Source of the DNA: an uncultured Gammaproteobacteria bacterium
GTDB taxonomy: Bacteria; Patescibacteriota; Microgenomatia; JAMCZE01
Assembly: GCA_964641255.1 (NCBI GenBank)
Contig: CAZXMM010000001.1
Coordinates: forward strand, 745,890 to 809,889
Reading direction: 5' to 3'
Length of the DNA stretch: 64,000 nt
The position numbers and the translations under genes were made by a program. The notes below the pieces were generated by a model that made no database searches, was not told where the DNA came from, and saw only the letters and a program-made list of their open reading frames with translations. Every line of letters begins with the position of its first letter. The first letter of the stretch is position 1. This document shows, in pieces, positions 46,707 to 56,260 of this stretch.

Positions 46707-49172
46707 ATGGCCGATATTGGAAAAATCATTGATTCGGAAATTTCTGCAGAAATGCAGAGCTCGTATCTTGACTACGCTATGTCAGTGATCGTAGCGCGGG
46801 CTCTCCCTGATGTTCGGGATGGGCTCAAGCCAGTACACCGCCGGATCATTTACGCGATGCACCAGATGGGTCTGCACCACGGTGCTAAGTACGTCAAATC
46901 GGCTGCAGTGGTGGGGCAAGTGATGCGCGACTATCACCCTCATGGTAATTTGGCGATTTATGACGCCATGGCCCGGATGGCTCAAGATTTTTCGCTGCGT
47001 TACCCTCTAGTCGATGGTCAAGGCAATTTTGGTTCGATGGACGGGGATCCGCCGGCCGCCGAACGCTACACTGAAGCCAGGCTGTCGAGTATTGCCGATT
47101 ATCTTCTCATCGACATTGACAAAGAGACAGTTGATTTTGGACCCAACTATTCCAATACCGAGGTGGAGCCGCTGTTTTTCCCCGCCCTCTTACCCAACTT
47201 ACTTTTAATGGGCGCTGACGGCATTGCCGTTGGTATGGCCACTAAAATTCCGCCACACAATCTAAGTGAGGTCGTGGACGCGGTCGTGGCCATGATTGAT
47301 AAAGGTGTTGAGGCAACGACTCTGGAAGATTTGGTCCAGCACATTAAAGGGCCGGATTTCCCCACAGGCGGTATCATCTATGACCACAAGGAAATCCTGG
47401 CCGCTTATGGCACGGGCAAAGGAAAGATTGTGGTCCGGGCCAAAACGGAAATTGAGGAAGTAGCTGGTGGCAAATCGGCCATCATCGTCACTGAGATTCC
47501 CTATCAAGTTAATAAAGCCAGTTTGGTAGCCAAAATTGCTGATTTGGTTCGCGATAAAAAGCTCGATGGCATTTCAGATTTACGGGACGAATCGGATCGC
47601 CACGGCATCAGGGTCTATATCGAACTCAAGCGCGACGCCAGGCCCCAGTCGGTGCTAAACAATCTGTTTAAACACACTGATTTACAGACCTCTTATCCTG
47701 TCAACGTCGTCGCCTTAATCGACCAGACTCCTCAAACTCTCACGCTCAAAGTTATTTTAGAAGAGTACCTCAAACACCGCCAAAATATTGTCCGCCGGCG
47801 CAGTGAATTTGAGCTTAGAGAAGCTAAAGCCAGAGAACATATTTTAGAAGGATTAAAGATCGCGGTTGACCACATTGACGAAGTCATCGCCATTATTAAA
47901 AAAGCGGAGTCAGCTGAAGTGGCCAAAGGCAAACTGATGGACCGCTTTAAATTATCCGAGTTGCAGGCCACCGCGATTTTGGATATGCAGCTGCGCCGCT
48001 TGGCCGCCCTAGAGCGCCAAAAAATTGAGGATGAACTAGCTATGATCCGAGAAACCATTAGCTATTTGGAAAATCTCCTTAAGCACCCGGATTTGATGAT
48101 GAAAGTGATTCGGGACGAACTTCTAAAAATGAAGGAAAAGTTTGGCGATCCCAGACGCACCAAGGTGGTTAAAGGGAAAATTGACGAATTTTCGGAAGAA
48201 GACCTTATTCCTAACGAACCAATGGTGGTCACGGTCACTAAAACTGGCTATGTTAAAAGACTATCACCCGCTTCTTACCGAGCCCAAGCCCGGGGAGGTA
48301 AGGGAGTCACCGGCATGACTACCAAAGAGGAAGACGAGATTGAGCACTTAACCGCTGCAAACGCCCATGATAATATTTTGTTCTTTACCAATAAGGGTAA
48401 GGTCTACCAGACCAAAGTTTATGAACTGCCCGAGGGTAGCCGCCAAGCTAAAGGCCAGGCGGTAGTCAATATTATTAATAGTGAGCAAGGTGAGCCGGTA
48501 CAATCAATCCTCACCTACGATAATGCCTCAGCCAAGGCGCAAAATCATAATAATATTTTTCTAGTGACCCGGCACGGTACAGTTAAGAAAACCAAAATTG
48601 ACGACTTTGCCAATATCCGCAAAAATGGCCTGACGGCGATAAAACTGGAAAAGGACGATGAGCTGGTCTGGGCCAAATTTACTTCGGGAGATGATGATAT
48701 TTTGCTCGTAACTAAACACGGTCAATCTATTCGTTTCTCCGAAAAGGAAGTCAAGCCCCAGGGACGTGACACTATTGGAGTCAGAGGTATCAAACTCGGT
48801 AAAGATGATATCGTTGTTGGTATGGAATCAATTAATCCTTTGGATATCGCCAACAAAAAAATTATTGACCTGTTAGTAGTCTCGGAGAAGGGGATTGGGA
48901 AGCGGACCGAGTTTGGCCAGTTCCCCAAACAAAAACGGGCGGGATCCGGAGTCAAAGCCATGCAGCTCACTGCTAAAACCGGGCATTTGGTCGCGGCCAG
49001 AGCGGTGACCGAGCTGGTAGAACAACTAATTCTCACTTCGGCGAAAGCTATTGTTATTAAACTGCCACTGGAGTCAATCCCTAGACTTAGTCGCGCCACC
49101 CAAGGAGTTATTTTAATGCGCTTTAGTGAAGCTGGTGACCACGTAGCCGCCGTGGCAACACTGGAAAAATGA
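46707..49172 (+). CDS. gyrA: DNA gyrase subunit A
   Basis: [32 protein letters not shown], plus a C-terminal beta-pinwheel. Confidence 0.95.
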   Translation: MADIGKIIDSEISAEMQSSYLDYAMSVIVARALPDVRDGLKPVHRRIIYAMHQMGLHHGAKYVKSAAVVGQVMRDYHPHGNLAIYDAMARMAQDFSLRYPLVDGQGNFGSMDGDPPAAERYTEARLSSIADYLLIDIDKETVDFGPNYSNTEVEPLFFPALLPNLLLMGADGIAVGMATKIPPHNLSEVVDAVVAMIDKGVEATTLEDLVQHIKGPDFPTGGIIYDHKEILAAYGTGKGKIVVRAKTEIEEVAGGKSAIIVTEIPYQVNKASLVAKIADLVRDKKLDGISDLRDESDRHGIRVYIELKRDARPQSVLNNLFKHTDLQTSYPVNVVALIDQTPQTLTLKVILEEYLKHRQNIVRRRSEFELREAKAREHILEGLKIAVDHIDEVIAIIKKAESAEVAKGKLMDRFKLSELQATAILDMQLRRLAALERQKIEDELAMIRETISYLENLLKHPDLMMKVIRDELLKMKEKFGDPRRTKVVKGKIDEFSEEDLIPNEPMVVTVTKTGYVKRLSPASYRAQARGGKGVTGMTTKEEDEIEHLTAANAHDNILFFTNKGKVYQTKVYELPEGSRQAKGQAVVNIINSEQGEPVQSILTYDNASAKAQNHNNIFLVTRHGTVKKTKIDDFANIRKNGLTAIKLEKDDELVWAKFTSGDDDILLVTKHGQSIRFSEKEVKPQGRDTIGVRGIKLGKDDIVVGMESINPLDIANKKIIDLLVVSEKGIGKRTEFGQFPKQKRAGSGVKAMQLTAKTGHLVAARAVTELVEQLILTSAKAIVIKLPLESIPRLSRATQGVILMRFSEAGDHVAAVATLEK

Positions 49173-49394
49173 AATCTAACATCGCCGAAGCCATTAATAG
49201 CCCTTGCTGTCGAGTGCACCAGTGGTAGTGAAGCCACCCAAATACTTAGAGAGTGCTTTGAAATATGTGGGAGGTGTCTTTTAGCTCAACAGGGATTAGC
49301 TTACTATGATATAGATCTTGCTGAGAACGATAACTCAGTCGTAATTATCAATTGCACCCACGTTCTCACGACCGACTGTAGTTACAAATAGATT

Positions 49395-49423
49395 TTGACA
49401 ATCTTCCAACAACAAGGTACATT
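49395..49423 (+). promoter_or_regulatory. Sigma70-like promoter TTGACA, 17-nt spacer, TACATT; the -10 box ends 7 nt before the ATG at 49431 (leaderless arrangement)
   Basis: TTGACA 49395-49400, 17-nt spacer, TACATT 49418-49423. Confidence 0.45.
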
Positions 49424-49430
49424 TAAACTT

Positions 49431-50273
49431 ATGAATAATAAGTACGCTCAAGATGCTATTTCTGCATTAATCTTTATTATTGTTCTTCTACTGGGGCTTT
49501 TTGTTTATGGCAAGTTTGGACCGGGATTACCTCTGTCAGTTAATCAGATTACTACTAACAAAAACGATTTGTTTACTGTCACTGGGGAGGGGAGAGTCAC
49601 TGTTAAGCCGGATGTTGCCGAGGTTAACTTTGGAGTTAACACTACAGGGGCCACGGTAGCCTTAGTCCAAAGCCAGTCGAATACGGCCATCAATCGAGTG
49701 GTTGAAGCAGTCAAAAAACTAGGAATTGAGGCGGCAGATATCAAGACCACCAACTATAATATCTATCCCCAGTACGCTAATGAGGGCATTCCTACCCCGA
49801 TGCTGCTGCCCACAGCTGAACCGACAGTGGCTGCGGAGGAAAAAATGGCTATAGCTCCGATGCCTCCCAAGCCAGGAACACCGCGCATTACCAGCTACAG
49901 TATGAATATTAGTGTGATTGTTAAGGTTAGGGACCTAAACAAAGTCAACCAGGTGGTCGATACAGCCACAGCTAACGGCGCCAATCAGGTAGGAGGTATC
50001 AACTTTACTGTCGATAAACCCGAAATCTATCAAGCTGAAGCGCGGAAAAAAGCTGTCGAAAATGCTAAAGCGAAAGCCAATGATTTGGCTAGTGTCGCCG
50101 GTATCCAACTAGGTAAGGTAGTCGGAATTTACGAAAATCCCGGCTTCTATGGTCGGAACTACCCACTGGCGATGAAAGCAGAGGGGATGGGTGGGGACAT
50201 GGGTGGTACTCAAATCGAGCCGGGGTCCTCAGAAATCACTACCCAAGTGACCTTGAATTACGAGACAAGATGA
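49431..50273 (+). CDS. SIMPL-domain (DUF541, BP26/OMP28-like) protein
   Basis: N-terminal TM/signal segment and FTVTGEGRVTVKPDVAEVNFGV, the family-typical start. ATG 49431 is preferred over the track start TTG 49395. Confidence 0.6.
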   Translation: MNNKYAQDAISALIFIIVLLLGLFVYGKFGPGLPLSVNQITTNKNDLFTVTGEGRVTVKPDVAEVNFGVNTTGATVALVQSQSNTAINRVVEAVKKLGIEAADIKTTNYNIYPQYANEGIPTPMLLPTAEPTVAAEEKMAIAPMPPKPGTPRITSYSMNISVIVKVRDLNKVNQVVDTATANGANQVGGINFTVDKPEIYQAEARKKAVENAKAKANDLASVAGIQLGKVVGIYENPGFYGRNYPLAMKAEGMGGDMGGTQIEPGSSEITTQVTLNYETR

Positions 50274-50478
50274 GTGGCAAAACTAAAAAGAAGGCAGACT
50301 ACCAGCGAAAAGGGAGCAGACAGAGACGAAGCCCAATAAAAGAAAAGGCTTGTCAAAACGGTTAAGTGCGAGGGATTTTGTAAATAGGGTTTGGCGTGGA
50401 TGGCGTCTAGGCCAGAGGGGAAGCCAAGAACATACCATAGGGCCAAAGAGCGAATCTAACTAGGGAGGAGGGTGATGG

Positions 50479-51441
50479 CTAGGAAAGAGCACTGGAGCGG
50501 TCTAAAGAGTCGCTACGGGCAATTTGTAGTTGCTCTTGTTGTAAATCTTTAACTCTTTCATAAGCAGCTGGAGCGAATTGAGCAGATAAACCAATAATCT
50601 CTTCTAAGTCCCCTTCACGCACGTTAGCATCCCGAAGATTTGTTTTCAGTTGAAGTTCTTCTCCACTTTCTCTACAGAGGGCAGAAAATAGGTTAGCACA
50701 CCCCAGTCTCTCATCGACAACACAATCGGCTACATCGTCAATGTACTGTAGGGCTATAGCCATGGCTACAAACCTATTACGCGCATCTATGTATCCTGAT
50801 CGATCCATAAAAGATGCATACCTAAAATCGAATATCCCTTGAGAGGCAGCTTGATTTGTTATCGTCCGGTGCCTAATCATCTCGGCTGACCCGACGGAGC
50901 TCCACCGGCTCTCCACCTCAAACATCACGGAAAAAGCTTCTCTTTGTGTATAGTCAATATCGGCCAGCAATAAACTTTGCTCGCTCGGTCTATAAAGGCT
51001 AGAGGCAGCTAGCTTTCTTGTAATAGCAAATAGCTCACCGGTGGTAAATTTTATTTTCGAGTCTTCACAGGGAATGCTCAAAAGTTTTCTTATAAAGTGG
51101 TTTGGATTTCTTGCCCCCAATGATTGCCTGAATTCAGGTCTGTGAGTATCAAAATAGTGATCAGTTAACCCTATTACCCTACGCCAGACCGTGTTTGCCA
51201 CCATCAAAGATTGTCTATCGGCCTCGAGTGTGTGTCTGTCAACTAATACTCCAGTTACGGCCTCTATAAGCAACCTATCAATTAAAAGATTGCCAGCGTC
51301 AATTTGTGATGACTCCTGATCTACTATTTGTCGCTCCCTTCGAGACAGTCCGGCATATAGTGATCCGCCCTCTACAACACTCTGTTCTTTAGCTTTGCAG
51401 AAAGACATTGTTAACAATATCTTACCAAAACCCACAAACAA
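50479..51441 (-). CDS. Hypothetical protein with Asp-rich DDxxD-type motif (AIALQYIDDVADCVVDERLG); possible divergent isoprenoid-synthase-fold protein
   Basis: 320-aa ORF. The motif pattern partly parallels the second Asp-rich box of the squalene/phytoene synthase family (GxAxQxxNIxRDxxEDxxRG). This is weak. Confidence 0.35.
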   Translation of the reverse strand: MFVGFGKILLTMSFCKAKEQSVVEGGSLYAGLSRRERQIVDQESSQIDAGNLLIDRLLIEAVTGVLVDRHTLEADRQSLMVANTVWRRVIGLTDHYFDTHRPEFRQSLGARNPNHFIRKLLSIPCEDSKIKFTTGELFAITRKLAASSLYRPSEQSLLLADIDYTQREAFSVMFEVESRWSSVGSAEMIRHRTITNQAASQGIFDFRYASFMDRSGYIDARNRFVAMAIALQYIDDVADCVVDERLGCANLFSALCRESGEELQLKTNLRDANVREGDLEEIIGLSAQFAPAAYERVKDLQQEQLQIARSDSLDRSSALS

Positions 51442-51497
51442 TTACCCTTAGTTTACTAATCTACTGGCCCATAGTATAATAGGGGAGTGAAAGTCAT

Positions 51498-51860
51498 ATG
51501 CTTCAAGATTTAGAGGCTAATTATCTTCGTCTTCCCGATGAATTTACAAAATGTAGACTACGGGTATTTAATATTCGAACCAGAAGATTCTTGATACCTA
51601 TTAGCCAGGGAGATAGCCTAGTTACAGCAGTGCAAATAGCTGTCATTGGTGACTCTTCGCAGCACCCGAAACTTGCAAATTATTTTGAGATGAGCGCCGC
51701 TAAAAAGATAGAGGAAGATATGGATGGTTTCACCACGGCCGCCCAAATTGACACCACACCACAACTCCTGTCTATTCAGCAACGCTTTTGCTCTGATCAC
51801 TGCCAAGAAACCTGTGCGCTATTTTCCAGCACGAGACAGCGTCGCACCAGACGCGGATAG
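51498..51860 (+). CDS. Hypothetical protein
   Basis: 120-aa ORF, no motifs. Confidence 0.25.
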   Translation: MLQDLEANYLRLPDEFTKCRLRVFNIRTRRFLIPISQGDSLVTAVQIAVIGDSSQHPKLANYFEMSAAKKIEEDMDGFTTAAQIDTTPQLLSIQQRFCSDHCQETCALFSSTRQRRTRRG

Positions 51861-52010
51861 AGAATAGGACAGTGGACTTCACCTTTGGAGCAGGCTTAGC
51901 CCTCGCTGCAGCTGGAGTTGAGGCTTCCCAGGGTAATATTCAAAGGGCGTCAAAGATGGATTGATGCCGCCCGTAAAACTAGAAAGAAATAGCTTACTGC
52001 CTACCTCCCT

Positions 52011-52598
52011 CTAGGCGGTAGTCACATTGAGGAGGGGAGAGGAAACGGTTTTTCCGGTTTGAACACTCCCCTTGTGAGCAAGGTACTCCGCCTGCAGTCT
52101 GCCACTTAATCTTTGGGCCAGCAAATCTTTAATGCTATAGAGTCTTTCTTCCTCGGGCTGGCTTAGATGTTGACCATCAAATAAACTTTTCTTGCGAGTT
52201 TTACTTTGCTCAAGGATTAAAACAGCCTCTTTCCAAAGCAAAAAATCTTTTTGCTTTTTGGCCTGTAAAGGGTACTTTTCAAAATGAGGAATAAGCTTAG
52301 TAATGATATCCATGCGGTCTCTGATATTAAAGTGTACCGCACCGTGTTTAACAATGGCATTAAGCCTTCCTGCTTGAAAAAACTTCTGCACCTTTTCTAG
52401 GATGGGTCTGTCATCTTCACGCATATGAAGGGAAAAATCAACCACCCAGTAACGATACGTAGAAATAGAATGCTTTCGTTTTTTATTCTCAGTGTTCACG
52501 ATCAGACAAAAACACCCTTCGCCGTCAATAAGTCCGGTCACATACCAGGGATCCAAACCAATCTTATTCTTTTGGACCTTTTTCATGGAATTCATCAA
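52011..52598 (-). CDS. LAGLIDADG-family homing endonuclease (single-motif type)
   Basis: LDPWYVTGLIDGEGCFCL is a canonical LAGLIDADG box; 195 aa. The start overlaps the upstream xer gene by about 35 nt. Local GC is lower than surrounding genes. Confidence 0.8.
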   Translation of the reverse strand: MMNSMKKVQKNKIGLDPWYVTGLIDGEGCFCLIVNTENKKRKHSISTYRYWVVDFSLHMREDDRPILEKVQKFFQAGRLNAIVKHGAVHFNIRDRMDIITKLIPHFEKYPLQAKKQKDFLLWKEAVLILEQSKTRKKSLFDGQHLSQPEEERLYSIKDLLAQRLSGRLQAEYLAHKGSVQTGKTVSSPLLNVTTA

Positions 52599-53517
52599 AT
52601 ACCTTCTTTAGCTGCGAATTGGTCACGTGAGTATAAATCTGGGTGGTCGCTACGTTTTTATGACCCAGCAACTCTTGGATCGAACGCAGGTCGGCTCCAT
52701 TTCGTAATAAATCAGTAGCTAGCGAATGTCGTAAAGTGTGTGGCGTAGCGTCGACAGGAATGCCGGCTCTTGCAATATATTTTTTAACCATCCTTTGAAT
52801 TGATCTAGGTGTCAAACGCATTCTCTCACCGTCATTATCAGATTCTCCAGCTTTTCCAGCTCTTCCGGCACGAGTATGAATAAAAAGTGGCTTCCAGGAA
52901 TCCTGACGCGTTGTAAGGTACCTAGCAAGGCATTCGGTGGCTCGAGTGGAGATAAATACCACCCTGGCCCGGCCACCTTTGCCAATAACGCTAAATTCTC
53001 TGGTTTCTAAATTTACTTGCCCCCGATTAAGTTTGGTCATTTCTGCTACTCGCAGGCCCGTACTGAATAATAATTCCAGAATGGACCGATCTCTTAACCC
53101 TTGCTCTGTACTAGTATCGGGTTTGGCAAAAAGTTGCTCTAAGTGATCGCGAGTTAAAAATTTCAAACTGCGGTCGCGATTTTTACCCAGTTCAATTTGG
53201 TCTGGCGCCAGCGTCTTATGACCCTTCTTCGTGAGATATCTGACAAATGCCCGAATGGCAATTAAAAAATAGCCTTGAGTTGATTTCGCTAACGGCCCCT
53301 TGATAGGATTTACGTAACGGCTTAAATAGAGTCGATAGTCTCTAATGATGTCCTCGGTCAAATCCTCGGGTTTGAGGACCTTACCCTGGCTAAAAAGCCA
53401 GCCACTGAAAGTCTCTAGATAATAACCATACATTTTGACCGTGAGTGGCGCCAGGTTGCGATCAAGCTCACAATATTCGAGGAAATCATTAATGTACTCC
53501 ACGAGTAATTTGTCCAT
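52564..53517 (-). CDS. xerC: Tyrosine site-specific recombinase, XerC/XerD-like
   Basis: N-terminal core-binding LxxFLxY..., C-terminal HTLRHSLATDLLRNGADLRSIQELLGHKNVATTQIYTHV (R..HxxR..Y). Confidence 0.85.
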   Translation of the reverse strand: MDKLLVEYINDFLEYCELDRNLAPLTVKMYGYYLETFSGWLFSQGKVLKPEDLTEDIIRDYRLYLSRYVNPIKGPLAKSTQGYFLIAIRAFVRYLTKKGHKTLAPDQIELGKNRDRSLKFLTRDHLEQLFAKPDTSTEQGLRDRSILELLFSTGLRVAEMTKLNRGQVNLETREFSVIGKGGRARVVFISTRATECLARYLTTRQDSWKPLFIHTRAGRAGKAGESDNDGERMRLTPRSIQRMVKKYIARAGIPVDATPHTLRHSLATDLLRNGADLRSIQELLGHKNVATTQIYTHVTNSQLKKVFDEFHEKGPKE

Positions 53518-53543
53518 AGAGTGCCGTTTTTATATTGTTAAAT
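53516..53543. other. Candidate dif-like recombination site ATAGAGTGCCG-TTTTTA-TATTGTTAAAT immediately upstream of the xer start
   Basis: The right arm TATTGTTAAAT matches the XerD-arm consensus TTATGTTAAAT at 9 of 11 positions. The left arm is poorly conserved. Placement next to xer parallels xerS/difSL-type single-recombinase systems. Confidence 0.25.
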
Positions 53544-54577
53544 CAATCTATATCACTCTTTTCCAAACGTCGTAATATCCTATAGTAGGGGAGGTGGGTG
53601 CCCAAACAACAGAGTGTACTGAACAATTTTACCCCCGCACCTACGAAATGCATTATAGTCCCAAAATAAGAACAAGCCAACAGAAGGGTTAAAAACACCC
53701 TTCTTCTCTCAGTTCGTGCTCGAATTACGTATAAGATACAATTTACGACACTAACACTTGAGCTTCCCTAGGGCTAACGGACCACTAAACTGGCACTTTG
53801 GTCAGACTGCAATAATGGGTCCAAGTTTCTCTCGAGAGAGAACCGTCTTTGACTCTTTTCGCCAGTGGCCGTACTATTTGCAAGCAAAAGACTGATTGGT
53901 GGTACGAATTATTTCCCGAATCACTTCCTTTACAGGGACTAATGGGTTTTTTGCCACGGATGAAGGCACACTTCTACTCTACTTTAGCGCCTGGATATAT
54001 TCTAAACCTTAAAGTTTGTGCGTAATTATTAGGGTTTAAAGTATCTTTGACAGGACCATTTTTGGAGCATAGTAGTGCGCTATTCCTATCTTTTCGAGCC
54101 TAATAACCCCGCTGATGGCACTACGACTAAGGGTCAGAGAGCATACCTAAAACTAGATGCTATTTAGCCCGTTAATACGCTCTATGTGATAAGTTTTGTG
54201 CGCAGTAAATGGCCACGCCCATCAGAGGAAGTTAGCGGGATTCGGCCTATTGCTACGCTCTACTTTAACACTTTGCGCTCACATTTTTACCTCCCAGGTA
54301 GGAGCGAGCAGAAGGTTTTGGAGCATAATAGTAGTCCAGACAGAGCAAAGCGAAGCTAAATAGGAATGCTGTTCGGGTTTTTTATGCTCTTTTATACCCT
54401 ATAACTGCAAGTTAGGCACGGATTAATGATATAGTTCGATATCCATGAAAAATACACGCTCAAACCTATGAAAACTCATCCACACGAGGCTATTTCTAAA
54501 CTATAGGGTGTTTTCTACTGCTCTCTTCCCCGCCTCAGTCAAGGAATTTTTTCCAAAAAGGAAGAAAAATTTTTAGA

Positions 54578-55441
54578 TTATCCACTCCAGCTGGTGGTTA
54601 ACAGTGTTAAGACAAATACTACGACGGCTACAATGACAAACTCGTTAGCCACTCGCCTATTAAGTTTCTCTCCCAAATGATATTGCACGATGCCGACTAA
54701 TTCATAAAAGATGGCTGTTAAGAAAAGCGCAAAAACAGAAACGCCGACCGGCCAAAAAGACAAAATGAAGGCCACCTCGGCCACTACCAGTGCAATAATT
54801 AAAGAGAAGTTCCGCACTTCACTCGTGATTTTTTCCTCAAGATTAACACTCCAAACGGCCTGAAAAGTAAGTAACAAAGTGACAGCAAAAACGAAAAGAA
54901 AATTGATATGACTCTCAAGATGAAAAGATGCAATGACAATGTAGAAAAGTAGACCCGTAGCTACACTCACCAGAAAGCCAATTGAGTGGGCCACCCGCAG
55001 TAGCTGAATACTCCGCTCTGCTGCCACATTAAAGATATTGGCTGTAAGTAGGCTCGCGTAATAGCCAACAATAAAGATCACTAGAAAAAACATTTTGACC
55101 AGCGTAGCCAATAAAAAGCTAGAGTCAGTTGAGAGTGATAGCCAAAGAATACTATCTATCCGGCTGGGTAACAGCGGATTAACCAGCGCCGCTCCAATCG
55201 CAAAAAGCGTAGGTAAAATGGGCAGGGTCAACCACTCGATACCGTTAAAATCCTCATCCCTGATCGCCCAGATAGTAGCAATTGTAGCTAAAAGAGCAAA
55301 GAGTGGCACTCGAATACGCCACTGCAAATACTGGCCAAAGGCCAGCCGGATAAGAATTATCCCGACCGCAAGCAGTCCGGTGGCAATGACAAAACGCTGT
55401 CGCTTGGAGAGAATGAGAAATTTAGGAAGAGTCAGTGTCAT
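54578..55441 (-). CDS. Hypothetical polytopic membrane protein (start uncertain; the track ORF extends to 55567, overlapping ruvC)
   Basis: At least 8 predicted TM helices, no known motifs. Confidence 0.5.
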   Translation of the reverse strand: MTLTLPKFLILSKRQRFVIATGLLAVGIILIRLAFGQYLQWRIRVPLFALLATIATIWAIRDEDFNGIEWLTLPILPTLFAIGAALVNPLLPSRIDSILWLSLSTDSSFLLATLVKMFFLVIFIVGYYASLLTANIFNVAAERSIQLLRVAHSIGFLVSVATGLLFYIVIASFHLESHINFLFVFAVTLLLTFQAVWSVNLEEKITSEVRNFSLIIALVVAEVAFILSFWPVGVSVFALFLTAIFYELVGIVQYHLGEKLNRRVANEFVIVAVVVFVLTLLTTSWSG

Positions 55442-55451
55442 CAGATCAATT

Positions 55452-56003
55452 TTACTGCTTTTTCTTTTTGGCTGCTGTCTTGGAAATAACTGCAGTTGGG
55501 GCGATAGTTTTAAGATAGTGCGCGATGGCAATGGCCAGGCCGTCAGCAGCATCATCGGGCTTAACAATCTGTTTCATTTTTAAATGACTCATCACACTGG
55601 CCTGCATTTGCTTTTTATCTGACCGACCGAAACCAGTGAGGGCAAATTTTACTGACAGACCCTGATACTCAAACAGCGGGATTTTGTGTCTTGCCACCTC
55701 AGAGAGAATGATCCCCCTGGCCTGTCCCACAGCAATCGCAGTTCTAGCGTTGATACCAAAAAAAAGTTGTTCCACCGCTACCACGTCCGGTCGGTGTTCC
55801 CGCAAAATCTTGCCAATTTCTTCTTGCAGATAAAGCAGTCGCTCCCCCATCTGGGTGTCCATCTTGGTTTCCAGACAGCCGGCCCGAACAAAAGTCAAAT
55901 CACTGCCCTTACCATTGGCTGTGGTTTTTTCCTTACTTTTTTTTACTTCTACGAGGCCGAAGCCAAGCCGGGCAGTCCCGGGATCAAGTCCTAAAATTAG
56001 CAT
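55452..56003 (-). CDS. ruvC: Holliday junction resolvase RuvC
   Basis: MLILGLDPGTARLGFGLVE, plus catalytic acidic residues. Confidence 0.9.
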   Translation of the reverse strand: MLILGLDPGTARLGFGLVEVKKSKEKTTANGKGSDLTFVRAGCLETKMDTQMGERLLYLQEEIGKILREHRPDVVAVEQLFFGINARTAIAVGQARGIILSEVARHKIPLFEYQGLSVKFALTGFGRSDKKQMQASVMSHLKMKQIVKPDDAADGLAIAIAHYLKTIAPTAVISKTAAKKKKQ

Positions 56004-56006
56004 AAA

Positions 56007-56255
56007 TTAATCATCCCTAGCCCCGATCCTATTTTTACCTCTAGCTATCTCTTCATCACTCAATTCTGCCTTACGTCTTCCCCTGAAAGTTAAACGTCCT
56101 TTACTACTTCTTCTTTCTTGTCGATCTAGAAACTGCGCTTCCCTTTCCCTGGATCTCCTCACACCTTCAGCAAACGCACTACCCAACCCCGGTAGAAATC
56201 CCTCTAATTTTGTAGCTAAATCTGAATTTGTAGGGATATCTTTTCTGGTCGGCAT
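56007..56255 (-). CDS. Small Arg-rich hypothetical protein
   Basis: 82 aa, highly basic (RRSREREAQFLDRQERRSSKGRLTFRGRRK). Inserted in the conserved yebC-ruvC junction. Confidence 0.35.
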   Translation of the reverse strand: MPTRKDIPTNSDLATKLEGFLPGLGSAFAEGVRRSREREAQFLDRQERRSSKGRLTFRGRRKAELSDEEIARGKNRIGARDD

Positions 56256-56260
56256 AGAAT

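Noticed and set aside
49200-49260. tRNA-like fragment (GGTAGTG) in the gyrA-SIMPL intergenic region
   Set aside because: No complete cloverleaf could be built and no acceptor-stem complementarity.
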